A DNA stretch of 64,000 bases from a bacterium (GTDB taxonomy: Bacteria > SAR324 > NAC60-12), in the NCBI GenBank assembly GCA_965209155.1, contig OZ242383.1, positions 3,424,001-3,488,000 of the forward strand, read 5' to 3'. Positions within the stretch are counted from its first letter, which is position 1, and each line of letters begins with the position of its first letter. The notes beneath the pieces are model-generated. The model did no database searches. It was not told where the DNA came from and was given only the letters and a program-made list of their open reading frames with translations. A program made the position numbers and the translations under genes. Below are positions 40,539 to 51,263 of the stretch, piece by piece.

Positions 40539-41387
40539 CTACTTGGGAGGGGGATGAGGTAGGATTTCATTCAAAGAACCGGAACGAAATCCACCCAGGT
40601 CCAAGGTCACATATTGGTAACCGCAGGCCTTGAAACGCTCTTCAATTTGTTGGTGGAGTCGCAGCGCAATTTCAAATTCCTCCGGTAGGATTTCTATCCG
40701 CGCGATGGAATCGTGATGACGGACCCGACATTGGGAGAATCCCATGCGTTGCAAAATGGTTTCTGCCCGCTCTATTTGATTCAAAAGCGCGCGGGACACT
40801 GCCGTGCCATACGGGACTCGGCTGGAAAGACAGGCGGCTTGCGGTTTTTTTGCGTTTTCCATTCCGAGATAGGAAGCCAATTGTCGGATATCTTCTTTGC
40901 TGAATTGGCAATCGGCAAGAGGCGTTCGTACTCCATATTCCCGAGCTGCCAGGAGTCCGGGACGGTGATCTCCCAAATCATCCAGGTTGGTGCCATTGAC
41001 GATATAACGAAAATTTCCTGATTGGGCGATCTTTTTCAAATCCCGATAGAGCGTGGATTTGCAATAATAGCAACGATTGAGAGGATTTGCCGCGTAATGA
41101 GGGTTTTCCAATTCCTCCGTGTGGATAATTTGATGGGGCAGTTTCCAAGCAATCGTCAGCTCTTTTGTCAATTCCAGATCATCGCGCTTCAAGCTATCGG
41201 AAGCGGAGGTCACCGCTAATGCTCTGTCCTGCAGCACGTGACTGGCAACCCGGGCCACCAATGAGCTGTCTACACCACCGGAAAACGCGACCACGACGCT
41301 TCCCAAATCACGTAAACAGGATTGCAACGCGTCGTACTTGAGAGATAGTTCTTCAGAGAGACTTGAATTTTCCGTATGCGCCAACAT
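40539..41387 (-). CDS. larE: ATP-dependent sulfur transferase LarE (TIGR00268-like)
   Basis: AFSGGVDS, NRCYYCK, GTNLDDLGDHRPG, AACLSSRVPYG, LDLGGFRSGSLN. Confidence 0.92.
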   Translation of the reverse strand: MLAHTENSSLSEELSLKYDALQSCLRDLGSVVVAFSGGVDSSLVARVASHVLQDRALAVTSASDSLKRDDLELTKELTIAWKLPHQIIHTEELENPHYAANPLNRCYYCKSTLYRDLKKIAQSGNFRYIVNGTNLDDLGDHRPGLLAAREYGVRTPLADCQFSKEDIRQLASYLGMENAKKPQAACLSSRVPYGTAVSRALLNQIERAETILQRMGFSQCRVRHHDSIARIEILPEEFEIALRLHQQIEERFKACGYQYVTLDLGGFRSGSLNEILPHPPPK

Positions 41388-41396
41388 AAAACCCTT

Positions 41397-42623
41397 TCAT
41401 ACGAAGATTGGTAGCGCACTCGTTGCAGTTTGCCAAAGAGGTGCTTCTGCGCACGAGTAGTTGTAAATTTCACACCCATCCACAGCAGATGCTACCAAAC
41501 CTGCGGGATTTTCAATGCTTCCTTCGGCTTGAAACACCTCTGGAAGGAAAGCTTTAGTTGTTGGATGACTGGGTTGAAAGACTGTACAGCAGTCCGGAAA
41601 ATCCTGGATGCTGATCGGGTAAGTGCCAATCCTGCGAGAAAGGCGGGTGATTTCGTTTTTATCCATACCAATCAAAGGACGTAACACCGGATAGGCGGCA
41701 TTTTCAGTTGTGCTGACCAAATTGCACAATGTTTGACTGGCGACTTGAGACAATGCGTCTCCTGTGACGATTGCCTGCGCATTTTCTTTTTTTGCAATTT
41801 CATTGGCAATTAAATTCATGAATCGGCGATAAAGGATCGTTCTGAATTTTTCTGGTGTTTGCTTCCTGATACATTTTTGAATTTCAGCAAACGGAGCCAC
41901 GTAAAGTCGACTGGCAGGTTGGTATGCGCTGAGCTGCCTGACCAGATCAATCACTTTTTCCTTCGTTTGCTCTCCAATTAAAGGGAAGCTGTGAAAATAC
42001 AGGAAAATAACCCGGCATCCCCTTTTCATGATCATCCAAGAAGCCACTGGACTGTCGATTCCTCCGCTGATCATTGAAATCACCCGTTCCTTGTCGTTGA
42101 CGGGCAAACCTCCTGTACCTTCAATTTTTTCAGTATAAACCACTCCTTTATTTTCCCAAATTTCTATACCCACGTCAAGTAGTGGATCCTTCAATTGCAC
42201 TTTCAAGAGAGGGAATGCTTTCAAAAGGGAGGCGCCCACCCGAGATTCGAGTTCCATGGAGACAAGGGGAAAGTCCTTATTGGCTCTTTTGGCCGACACT
42301 CTGAATGTGAGAGGTCTGAATGCGCATGACTTTATTTTTTCAGAAACCAGTTCCTGGCAGGCCGAAATCAACGCATCTTCGTTCAATGGAGTGGAAACAA
42401 CAGGGCTGAAATTGGCAATTCCAGGGATCTTCCGCAAGACTTCAATCGATTGCTCGAGTTCACCGTCGCTGTGAATTTCAAGACGTCCCAGTCTTTTACG
42501 CACCGTATTTTCCCCTGAAGATTTCAAATGCATCCTTATGTTTTGAGCCAGCCGATTCTCGAAGCTTCGACGATTTCTTCCCTTTATCCCGATTTCTGAA
42601 TATCGTATGACAATCGAATGCAT
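41397..42623 (-). CDS. thiI: tRNA 4-thiouridine(8) synthase, without rhodanese domain
   Basis: RYSEIGIKGRNR, THUMP region, SGGIDSPVA, QVASQT, RPLIGMDK, PDCC. Confidence 0.95.
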   Translation of the reverse strand: MHSIVIRYSEIGIKGRNRRSFENRLAQNIRMHLKSSGENTVRKRLGRLEIHSDGELEQSIEVLRKIPGIANFSPVVSTPLNEDALISACQELVSEKIKSCAFRPLTFRVSAKRANKDFPLVSMELESRVGASLLKAFPLLKVQLKDPLLDVGIEIWENKGVVYTEKIEGTGGLPVNDKERVISMISGGIDSPVASWMIMKRGCRVIFLYFHSFPLIGEQTKEKVIDLVRQLSAYQPASRLYVAPFAEIQKCIRKQTPEKFRTILYRRFMNLIANEIAKKENAQAIVTGDALSQVASQTLCNLVSTTENAAYPVLRPLIGMDKNEITRLSRRIGTYPISIQDFPDCCTVFQPSHPTTKAFLPEVFQAEGSIENPAGLVASAVDGCEIYNYSCAEAPLWQTATSALPIFV

Positions 42624-42773
42624 AGTGTTTTATTTTTTTGTTAAAACGAGTGAAAAACGATTTTGCGTTGGAACCGTTTCCGGAGAGGAAATCGAAATTG
42701 GACTTTCATGCTGCTTATTCAGCAGTGCGCTTCTTTTAAAAGACTGTCAGACTGCGTGAAGGAAAAACTAATG

Positions 42774-42898
42774 CCGGCATGTCTGAAGATTTTCGAAATT
42801 CTGCTTGCTGCAGGTTAGTGCTGAGTCCTTACAGCGGAAGGATGCCTGATATATTCACCAATACATAAAATTTGAACCCTATACTCAAGACATGCCGG
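42774..42898 (-). ncRNA. Candidate rod-shaped structured RNA (possibly a short 6S RNA)
   Basis: Perfect 11-bp closing stem CCGGCATGTCT/AGACATGCCGG plus further internal pairing over 125 nt; strand uncertain. Confidence 0.35.
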
Positions 42899-42911
42899 TC
42901 ACGAGACCTTG

Positions 42912-43067
42912 TCAGTCAGTTTTGATTTTGGGTCCCTTCTCGGGAAGAAAATTCAACAGTTGAGCTCCAAGTCCGATAAAAATATAAGTCATCACGATTC
43001 CAGGAACAGTGGCAATCACGAATATCCAGGGAAAAAGAAAGATGTAAAAAACAGCTTCTGGCATCAT
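42912..43067 (-). CDS. Small hydrophobic protein (51 aa, not in ORF track)
   Basis: MMPEAVFYIFLFPWIFVIATVPGIVMTYIFIGLGAQLLNFLPEKGPKIKTD. Confidence 0.45.
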   Translation of the reverse strand: MMPEAVFYIFLFPWIFVIATVPGIVMTYIFIGLGAQLLNFLPEKGPKIKTD

Positions 43068-43167
43068 AATCGATTCTCAAATAAAATTTCACTCACACAT
43101 TTGAACTGTAATCTAATAACATATGTTTTGTACAATCTCAACCCGGAATCAAAATGAATTTGCCTGC

Positions 43168-43794
43168 TCAATTGATGGTTCCGATATTGCCTTCCATTCC
43201 TGGTAGATAAGCCATCTCTAAAAGTGCAATCAAATCCTCCAACCGGGTTGAGACGTCATGTGATTCGAGCAGGGTTTGCTTTTCCAGAAAATTAAACTCC
43301 AGGTTCATGGATAAAACGTTGACCAGCTGGTGAACGGGAATCTTTTCGACTTTATCCCAGTCAATGCGCAGATTTCGTTGTTCCAAGTAATGTTTAAACG
43401 TTTCATAAAGCGGTTTTTTATTCAAAACGGGAGTTTCTTCCCGGAGATCGTGGAGGAAATGGGAATAAGCCACTTTTGCTATGCGATAAAGGGTTTCGGT
43501 TTGAAGCTCTTCCTCGATTTGAAAACGCACTTCTCCTTGTAATCGGATCAAATAGTTACCATTGGGCAGTTGGCGGAAATGTTCCATCTGACCCAGGCAA
43601 CCGATTTTGTAAAGCTCCTCTGTATTCATACTGACAGGCTGGATCATTCCGATATACGGACGTTCCTCTATGCAATTTTCGACCATTTGGCGGTATCTGG
43701 GCTCAAATATGTGCAGTGGTAGAATATTTCCTGGCAATAAAATGGTGCCCATCAAGGGAAAAAGAGCGATAGTTTCAGGAAGATCGGAACTCAT
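43168..43794 (-). CDS. Lon substrate-binding domain protein
   Basis: ALFPL..LLPG..LPLHIFEPRYRQMV, EKQTLLE. Confidence 0.9.
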   Translation of the reverse strand: MSSDLPETIALFPLMGTILLPGNILPLHIFEPRYRQMVENCIEERPYIGMIQPVSMNTEELYKIGCLGQMEHFRQLPNGNYLIRLQGEVRFQIEEELQTETLYRIAKVAYSHFLHDLREETPVLNKKPLYETFKHYLEQRNLRIDWDKVEKIPVHQLVNVLSMNLEFNFLEKQTLLESHDVSTRLEDLIALLEMAYLPGMEGNIGTIN

Positions 43795-43821
43795 CTTTCT
43801 TGGAATCAGGGAACAGGTTTT

Positions 43822-44958
43822 TTAAGAACTCATTGAGCAACCAGAAGAAAATTGTTGTTGATATCGTTGCGTCATGAAGTGGTCCAGTTCTCCATCCGTT
43901 TTTGGATGAACGGGCATGGCATGCCGCCAGATTGGCTCTTTTTCCATGCACAAATAGACTGTCACTCGAGGGGCAACTCGATGAATTTTTTTCCGTACGG
44001 TTTGAAACATTTTTTGACGAATTTTTTTTAAATAACGCATTTTTCCATCTTCACCCTTGACAAATTCTCCAAGGAAAAGAGTACTTTTTGGAAAGCGTTC
44101 CTCAACCACCGTCTTCAATTTCGGGATATATCGCAACGTTCCGAGACTGATCCAGGCAATGTTTTCAGGAGGAATGACGCTCAACAATTGATCCACCAAT
44201 TCCGAATAGTCTTTGTTCCATCCGCAATAATAGATCATTGGGTCCAGGTGAAAAGCAACTTTATAACCTGCCTCGATGACTTGTGATGCTGCTTGCAATC
44301 GTTCATGAAGTCTGGCGGTCTTATGTTCTTCACGCGCCACAACGGTTGCAGGATTAATGGACCAGGCAATCACAGTGTTTCCCTGGTGAGCCAAATCCAA
44401 CAAGTGACTGACATGATGTGATTTCGTTTTCAATTCAAGAATCGCATTGTTCAATTGTCCGAAAAATGGAATGACTTGCTGATTGATTTCCAGAAGGGGG
44501 TCCAGTGCCAGACTGTCGGAATGCTCTCCCGTGCCTATTCGAAAGAGTCTCATTGGTTGAGAAGCGACACGTCGACGGACGTGCTCTAAAATTTCATCAA
44601 TATTCGCATGGACGGTAATCACCGGTTTGTTCAAGAATGCCTGCAATATGCAATACGTACATTCAAGGGGGCAATTCTCGATAAAGTCAATGGTTAAATA
44701 ATTACAGCAAACCGCTCCGGCAGTAGTTCCCGGACATGGTTTGACCGGCATTCCCGCAAAATATTTTAAATGCAGAGTCTTTTTTCCCCGGGTGAGTGGA
44801 TTGATTGCCGGATCGAATGACACTTCATCTTTATGCCACGTGAAATTTTCTACGATTGCAAAGGGCACCTCAGGAAACTTGTTCAGAATCCTCCGGGTCA
44901 GGGAGGTATGCAATACTGCTTTGTCGACTATGATTCGTTCAGGTACGTAGACTGTCAT
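43822..44958 (-). CDS. Spore photoproduct lyase-like radical SAM protein
   Basis: CPG..CC, NCPLECTYC, RIGTGEHSDSL, LELKTKS, WISLGTLRY, DGKMRY, YLCME. Confidence 0.85.
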   Translation of the reverse strand: MTVYVPERIIVDKAVLHTSLTRRILNKFPEVPFAIVENFTWHKDEVSFDPAINPLTRGKKTLHLKYFAGMPVKPCPGTTAGAVCCNYLTIDFIENCPLECTYCILQAFLNKPVITVHANIDEILEHVRRRVASQPMRLFRIGTGEHSDSLALDPLLEINQQVIPFFGQLNNAILELKTKSHHVSHLLDLAHQGNTVIAWSINPATVVAREEHKTARLHERLQAASQVIEAGYKVAFHLDPMIYYCGWNKDYSELVDQLLSVIPPENIAWISLGTLRYIPKLKTVVEERFPKSTLFLGEFVKGEDGKMRYLKKIRQKMFQTVRKKIHRVAPRVTVYLCMEKEPIWRHAMPVHPKTDGELDHFMTQRYQQQFSSGCSMSS

Positions 44959-44963
44959 ACGGT

Positions 44964-45887
44964 TCAATGCGAATGAAAATAACTATGGGCCTCTTCAATG
45001 TCCATCTCGATTTGTTCTTTCAAGGCATACACGCTAGGAAATTTTTTTTCTCTTCGTATTTGTTTCAATGGCCAGATTTCCAATTTTTCCCCATAAATCT
45101 CTTTGCAAAAATCAAAGATAAACGTTTCCACCATCTGTTCTTGCTGTCCAAAAGTGGGACGGATACCGATATTGGTGATCCCTTGATACATTTGCTCTCG
45201 TACTTGCGCTTGGGTGATATAGACTCCGCTGTTCAGGGGAATTTTGATTTGTGGAGAAATATTAGCAGTGGGAAATCCGAGCCGGCGACCTCGTTGTTCC
45301 CCTTTTTCGACAGAAGCATAGATACTATAGGGTCTTCCCAGAAATTGTGGAACTTCCTCAAACCGATTTTCCCCAATCAATTGACGAATCAAAGTGCTAC
45401 TGACGGTTTGCCTGCCAACTTGAATGGGGGCGATTTCTTCAAGCTCAAAACGATTTTCCCTGCTGAAACTTTTCAGTAATTCCGCATTGCCGCTTCGTTT
45501 CTTACCAAAATGAAAATCATGCCCAATCAACAATTTGACAGGTTTGAAACGATTGATGAGAAATTCACGCGCGAATTCCTCTGCTGAAAGTTTTGAAAAT
45601 TCGGCAGTGAAGTGAATGATGTAAACCGCATCCAATCCCATCTCTTCCAAAAGACGATTTCTCAATTCGGGGGTACAAATTTTGGCAATCGCCTTTTGGG
45701 GATGGAGCACTTCTTGAGGGTGAGGTTCAAAGGTTATCAAGAGACTGCAACAGCGGCGTTGCCTCGCTTCATCCACTACCTTGCGGATGATGAACTGGTG
45801 TCCCAGATGCATACCATCAAAATTCCCAATGGTTAAAATCACCGGTTCATGAGTAGAGAAATCTTCTCGAAAACGAACAAATTCCAT
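44964..45887 (-). CDS. ribF: Bifunctional riboflavin kinase / FAD synthetase
   Basis: IGNFDGMHLGH, TFEPHP, VSSTLIR, GRRLGFPTAN, NIGIRPTF; upstream extension in the ORF track lies in the MITE. Confidence 0.96.
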   Translation of the reverse strand: MEFVRFREDFSTHEPVILTIGNFDGMHLGHQFIIRKVVDEARQRRCCSLLITFEPHPQEVLHPQKAIAKICTPELRNRLLEEMGLDAVYIIHFTAEFSKLSAEEFAREFLINRFKPVKLLIGHDFHFGKKRSGNAELLKSFSRENRFELEEIAPIQVGRQTVSSTLIRQLIGENRFEEVPQFLGRPYSIYASVEKGEQRGRRLGFPTANISPQIKIPLNSGVYITQAQVREQMYQGITNIGIRPTFGQQEQMVETFIFDFCKEIYGEKLEIWPLKQIRREKKFPSVYALKEQIEMDIEEAHSYFHSH

Positions 45888-45927
45888 GGATCGCGCCTGA
45901 ACTGATTGCAGATTCCCGTATACCTTT

Positions 45928-46098
45928 CGTGAATCAGGAGTTAAAAAACGTGTCATTTCTGGCTTGACCAGGAATCCAGGGGGATACGGGCGATATTTTG
46001 GATGCCGGATCATCCCGGACTTGATCCGGGACCAGCATGACAAGTCCTAATGATACAATTATTGATTTTATAAAATAAATTTCAACTCCTGATTCGCA
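45928..46098. mobile_element. MITE family A, copy 2 (171 bp)
   Basis: CGTGAATCAGGAGTT..AACTCCTGATTCGCA; direct repeat TATACCTTT at 45919-45927 and 46099-46107. Confidence 0.88.
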
Positions 46099-46221
46099 TA
46101 TACCTTTTAAAAATGGATTGAAATAAAAGCATTAAATGAATCGGTATGAACCCGCGGGTAAGATCATCAAAATAGCGGAAAATGAGCGAGTACACAACTG
46201 GAAAGAATAAGAAATACGATT

Positions 46222-47775
<1,554 letters not shown>

Positions 47776-47779
<4 letters not shown>

Positions 47780-48765
47780 AAAATTTTCCCAAAATCACGT
47801 TGCAGCAATTTCGCGGCATCTTTTGCGAAATAGGAAAGGACCATGTCGGCTCCCGCACGTTTGATGGCGACGAGAATTTCCATCATTGCCAGTTCACGGT
47901 CTACCCAGCCCTTTTCCGCAGCCGCTTCGATCATTGAATACTCACCAGAAACATTGTATGCGGCAATCGGCATATCGAAAACCGAACGTGCTTGAGCAAT
48001 GACGTCCAGACAGGATAGTGCGGGTTTGATCATAATCACGTCCGCCCCCTCCTCGATATCCAGGGTGAGTTCACGCATGGCTTCGCGAACGTTGGCGGGA
48101 TCCATCTGGTAGGTCTTCTTGTCCCCTTTTTTAGGAGCAGAATCCAAGGCACCGCGAAAGGGGGCATAAAAACAGGAAGCATACTTTGCAGAGTAGGCCA
48201 GGATTCCCACTCGATGAAATCCAGCTTCATCCAGGGATTGACGAATTGCGCCGATTCGTCCGTCCATCATGTCCGACGGGGCCACCCAATCCACTCCTGC
48301 CTCTGCATGTGAAATCGCCATACGACAAAGCACCTCCACGGTCTCATCGTTGACGATTTCATCCCCTACGACCAATCCGTCATGACCATGACAGGTATAA
48401 GGATCGAGGGCGATATCCGTTTGCACGCACAATTCGGGAAGGGATTCCTTGAGGACCCGAACAGCTTTTTGTACCAAGCCATTGGGATCATAAGCTTTGC
48501 TCGCTCGCTCGTCTTTTTCGCTTGAATACCCAAATAAATTTACGGCACCTACTCCAAGATCCAACACTTCCTGACATTCCCGTACCAATTCATCGACAGA
48601 AAGGCGGAATTGTCCGGGCATCGTTGAGATGGGATCACGCACATTTGTTCCTTCAGCAACGAACATGGGATAAATCAGATCTGCCGGCTGCAACTGAGTT
48701 TCTCTTACTAATCCACGGATGGCTGCCGTTTGTCGCATACGGCGGGGTCGGTGTATCAAATTCAT
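47776..48765 (-). CDS. hemB: Porphobilinogen synthase
   Basis: RPRRMR, DIALDPYTCHGHDG, APSDMMDGR, YQMDPAN, AYNVSGEYSM. Confidence 0.98.
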
Positions 48766-49123
48766 AACAGTCCTGTTTTTTAAAAATATAAATAGATTTG
48801 ATATTCAGGCTTCGCAAGTACTCGACATGAATGATACTCACTGCGGAAAAATGTAACCAGTTGGCCTTAAAGAGACAAGAAAATCCCTGTTTTCCGTCAT
48901 ATTTATTTCCACTCAATTTACAATATCCAGGAAAAAGGCACAACTCGTCAATTATACACAAGAGAGCCCTTGCGGCTTTTTCAGATTCAGATAAGATCAA
49001 TAGCTTGGAAGCTTTCCTGCCGTGAACGGTTAAGTGATTCATCCGTGAGAATCGTACAAATCTCAACAAACACCTTCCCAATAATTTTATCGAGGCACGA
49101 GGTACAGTAGAATCAGGAATAGT

Positions 49124-49927
49124 ATGTCACCTTTGATTTTTATCAGCAATGACGATGGCATCCATTCGCCCGGACTGAAGGCCGCGGCCGAAGCGGTTCA
49201 CACCCTGGGAGACGTTTTAATTGTTGCTCCCAGTGAGCAACAGTCTGGAACGGGTGGCAGCGTTAAGGGAAACAGGGAAGAATTTCTCAGACCGATAAAT
49301 TTTGCCGTCAATGGTCAATCCTTAATGGCCTATCATTGTGATTGTTCTCCAGGTCTTACCTTTCTGCATGGAATGGCGGTTTTATGCCGGGACCGCCTAC
49401 CCGATTTGGTCATTTCCGGTTTCAATTACGGAGTGAATCTGAGTTCTGGTATTACCGGTTCAGGAACGGTTGGAGTGGGCTTCCACGCGGCAATCCATGG
49501 TTTACCTGCCTTGGCCGTTTCTCTTGAAGTAGAACACCAGTTTCTTTTCAATTATGGAGAGGTGGATTGGAGCGCAGCCATCCATTTCACTCGATATTTT
49601 GCTGAAATTATTCTTGCCAGGAAAATGCCGGCAGGGGTCGATATACTAAAAATCGACATTCCTGCAAATGCAACGTCAGTCACTCCCTGGAAAGTGACGC
49701 GGCTTTCCAGAACCCCTTATTTTGTCTATTCCATTCCCTGCCCAACACCGCAAAGCCGGATAGGAGACGCCCTGACGACAACCGTTGAAAAAGAGCAAAT
49801 TGAAAAAGGTTCTGACGTTGATGCCGTCTTTGTGGAAAAAGTGATTTCCGTCACCCCATTGACCATCGATTGCACTGCGAATGCTGCTCCCGGCAGCGTT
49901 CATGACTCCCTTTCCATCCAGCTCTGA
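49124..49927 (+). CDS. surE: 5'/3'-nucleotidase SurE
   Basis: ISNDDGIHSPG, APSEQQSG, DLVISGFNYGVN..SGTV, ISVTPL. Confidence 0.9.
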   Translation: MSPLIFISNDDGIHSPGLKAAAEAVHTLGDVLIVAPSEQQSGTGGSVKGNREEFLRPINFAVNGQSLMAYHCDCSPGLTFLHGMAVLCRDRLPDLVISGFNYGVNLSSGITGSGTVGVGFHAAIHGLPALAVSLEVEHQFLFNYGEVDWSAAIHFTRYFAEIILARKMPAGVDILKIDIPANATSVTPWKVTRLSRTPYFVYSIPCPTPQSRIGDALTTTVEKEQIEKGSDVDAVFVEKVISVTPLTIDCTANAAPGSVHDSLSIQL

Positions 49928-50086
49928 CGTCTCCACGGCTCATTGCGTTATTGGCGAAAATCTGGTAGGCCAATTATGGAATTGCGGAAAAATGGAATGG
50001 CAGGAGGCTCATTCTCGGAGGCTCAGGCGGCACAACGTCTGCTCTGCAATGCCGAAACGATCACGCATCTTTTTGACAGAACCACT

Positions 50087-51196
50087 TTACAAACGTAGTA
50101 ACAAAACAAGAGTTATTAAAAAAACCAGTCCCGACAAAAAAAGAACCCACTGATTGTTTCGTCGAATACTCTGATTGGGGGGCAACAGAAGGGCAGGGTC
50201 CACCCCTTGCGCCCCTTTTTCCCAAAGGAGTGTTTGTTCCCGGAATAATTGGATCAGACGAGGATGCGTTTCCAATGCCGGGAGACGATAAGGTGTGATC
50301 TGGAAAGAACGGACCAAATCAAAATAGATGTGGTCGACTTCGTATAGGGTTTCCAACTGGTCATTAACGAAACTGAGAGGAATGAAAAGAATGGCCCGCA
50401 CCTCGCTTTCACCGAGCTCTTTGATCATTTCATCGGTATAGGGTTGTAACCATTTTGCGGGTCCAATCCGGCTTTGAAAGCAAAGTTCGAATTGCCACTG
50501 GTCAAAGTTTTTACGCAATGCTTCCACCGAAGCAATCAATTCCATTAAATAGGGATCACCTCGCTCCACGTAGGATTGTGGAATGCCATGCGCAGAGCAC
50601 AAAATACGAGTGCTGAATGGATCCAGTTTGTGCTTTGTCAATGCTTTTTGCAACTGCTGCGACAATCCGGAGATATAGTCCGGATGTTGCCCATAGGATC
50701 GCAATGCGCGGATTTCCCCTGAAAAACCCATTTTTTTCAGTTCGCCGCAAAACTGCTCTATGGATGAGCCGGTCGTGGTGCGGGAATAGTGAGGATATAG
50801 GGGAATGAGGAAAATGTCGTTGACGTGATCCTGTAATATTTGTCGAACCACTCGTGTTGCATTTCCCGGAATATAACGATGGACGGCATACACGCTCGTT
50901 GTGGAATTCCGTTCTTCCAATGCCGCACGCAAATGAAGCCGTTGCTGCTCCGTGGATGTCACAATGGGCGATTTCCCGCCAATTGCTTCGTATTGCTGAA
51001 CAACCACGGGTGAGCGCTTATTGGCAACAAGACGAGCGAGCATGTTTTGTAACCACAAGGGAATCGGTAACTGAATCGTGTGGGGATCCCTTAAAATCTC
51101 ATATAAAAAATCAGGAATTTCCTGCAAACTCCGGGGACCCCCAAAATTCAGCAATACAACTGCTTTTCGCACGGTTTCGGCGTCACTGTCCGACAT
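50087..51196 (-). CDS. hemH: Ferrochelatase with C-terminal hydrophobic tail
   Basis: LLNFGGP, GGKSP, PLYPHYS.TTTGS, SAHGIP, GDPY, FQSRIGP.KWLQP, ETLYEVD. Confidence 0.93.
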   Translation of the reverse strand: MSDSDAETVRKAVVLLNFGGPRSLQEIPDFLYEILRDPHTIQLPIPLWLQNMLARLVANKRSPVVVQQYEAIGGKSPIVTSTEQQRLHLRAALEERNSTTSVYAVHRYIPGNATRVVRQILQDHVNDIFLIPLYPHYSRTTTGSSIEQFCGELKKMGFSGEIRALRSYGQHPDYISGLSQQLQKALTKHKLDPFSTRILCSAHGIPQSYVERGDPYLMELIASVEALRKNFDQWQFELCFQSRIGPAKWLQPYTDEMIKELGESEVRAILFIPLSFVNDQLETLYEVDHIYFDLVRSFQITPYRLPALETHPRLIQLFREQTLLWEKGAQGVDPALLLPPNQSIRRNNQWVLFLSGLVFLITLVLLLRL

Positions 51197-51263
51197 GATT
51201 TTCTCTGAATTCGAGCAGACGACCTTAAAAAGCGTTCAGACTCCGTTGAGAAGTTTTAAGATT

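Noticed and set aside
42624..42900. TPP or SAM riboswitch upstream of thiI
   Set aside because: Conserved cores (CTGAGA..CCTGA for TPP; ATC.AGAG..GGCAACC for SAM-I) are absent.
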